Assembly (NCBI GenBank): GCA_964234715.1
Contig: OZ174275.1
Length of the DNA stretch: 64,000 nt
Reading direction: 5' to 3' (one strand)
From: Podarcis melisellensis
Lineage: Eukaryota
Position 1 is the first letter of the stretch, and the number at the start of each line of letters is the position of its first letter. The notes under the pieces are model-generated. The model saw only the letters and a program-made list of their open reading frames with translations, was not told the origin of the DNA and made no database searches. Position numbers and translations under genes: made by a program. Below, one piece after another: positions 63,421-64,000 of this stretch.

Positions 63421-64000
63421 CGTTGACTTGTCTGGGTTTTGTTGTTACCACAGAACAGCCTCATTCTCTTAAAGCCAGCTATTGCATTTCTACAATGCGT
63501 GCCATGGTGGGTTCAGTGTATCTGAGGGATAACAGAAAGCCTGTTAGCACCATCTCACTCTCTCTCCTTGCCCTCCCCTCTCCCCTTAAGTCACTGAGCT
63601 GTTCTAGAAAGTGGAGAAAGCGTATAAGTGGCAATGCTCTTAAGAACTGGCTCAGTTTCCACAAAGTAGAAATAACGTGCCATAATTTTAAGGAGATGGG
63701 GAAGTTGAACCTGTAATTTTGCTTGGCCCTGAAATACTCAGTATTATATTGGAAACAAGAGGGAGGTTTATGCTTCCAAGAGCAACTGGTTGCTTTCCTT
63801 TAGTTTCAAAATCATACCCAAGTCACAGATTGGAATCTCCAGATACAAAAGGACTCAAGGTATCAATATAATTAGGGTGCCTTTTCCCCCTAGATATTTT
63901 CTAGATATCTGAATGACTACAACCCCTCAGATAAAAGATTAGCTGTATCAGTAGCAAACCAAACAAATCTAGAAAATTTTCTAGCAAGAAACAAGACTTC

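Noticed and set aside
1-64000. CRISPR arrays, rRNA, operon-type or viral systems
   Set aside because: None seen; this is intron-rich vertebrate DNA and the repeats are SINEs, MITEs and microsatellites.

Overview
Vertebrate genomic DNA, almost certainly a squamate lizard (Sauria-type SINEs with TACCTT tails, Squam3-like SINE, Tigger/hAT MITEs; probably Lacertidae). It holds two complete, divergently transcribed genes. RBM25 (minus strand) has 18 coding exons from ATG 29012 to TAA 3900, hand-spliced to 838 aa (Pro-rich, RRM, RE/RD-rich, PWI), and a non-coding first exon in a CpG island at about 35.1-36.2 kb. ZFYVE1/DFCP1 (plus strand) has 11 coding exons from ATG 43523 to TAA 61522, 780 aa (B-box-like zinc fingers, P-loop NTPase, two FYVE domains), and a ZNF143-motif promoter at about 41.85-42.0 kb. 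All exon phases close. The most interesting unexplained structure lies in RBM25 introns 6-9. Intron 9 has no recognisable TE and carries several candidate poison/decoy exons and strong 5' splice sites. Exon 8 has an 11-nt duplicated acceptor. A one-dock/two-partner competing RNA helix sits upstream of exon 8, and intron 6 has a candidate recursive splice site. Intron 15 has a GC donor. ZFYVE1 has a uORF-rich leader that includes an overlapping uORF. Coordinates were read by hand, exon numbers assume one non-coding first exon, and no database searches were run.
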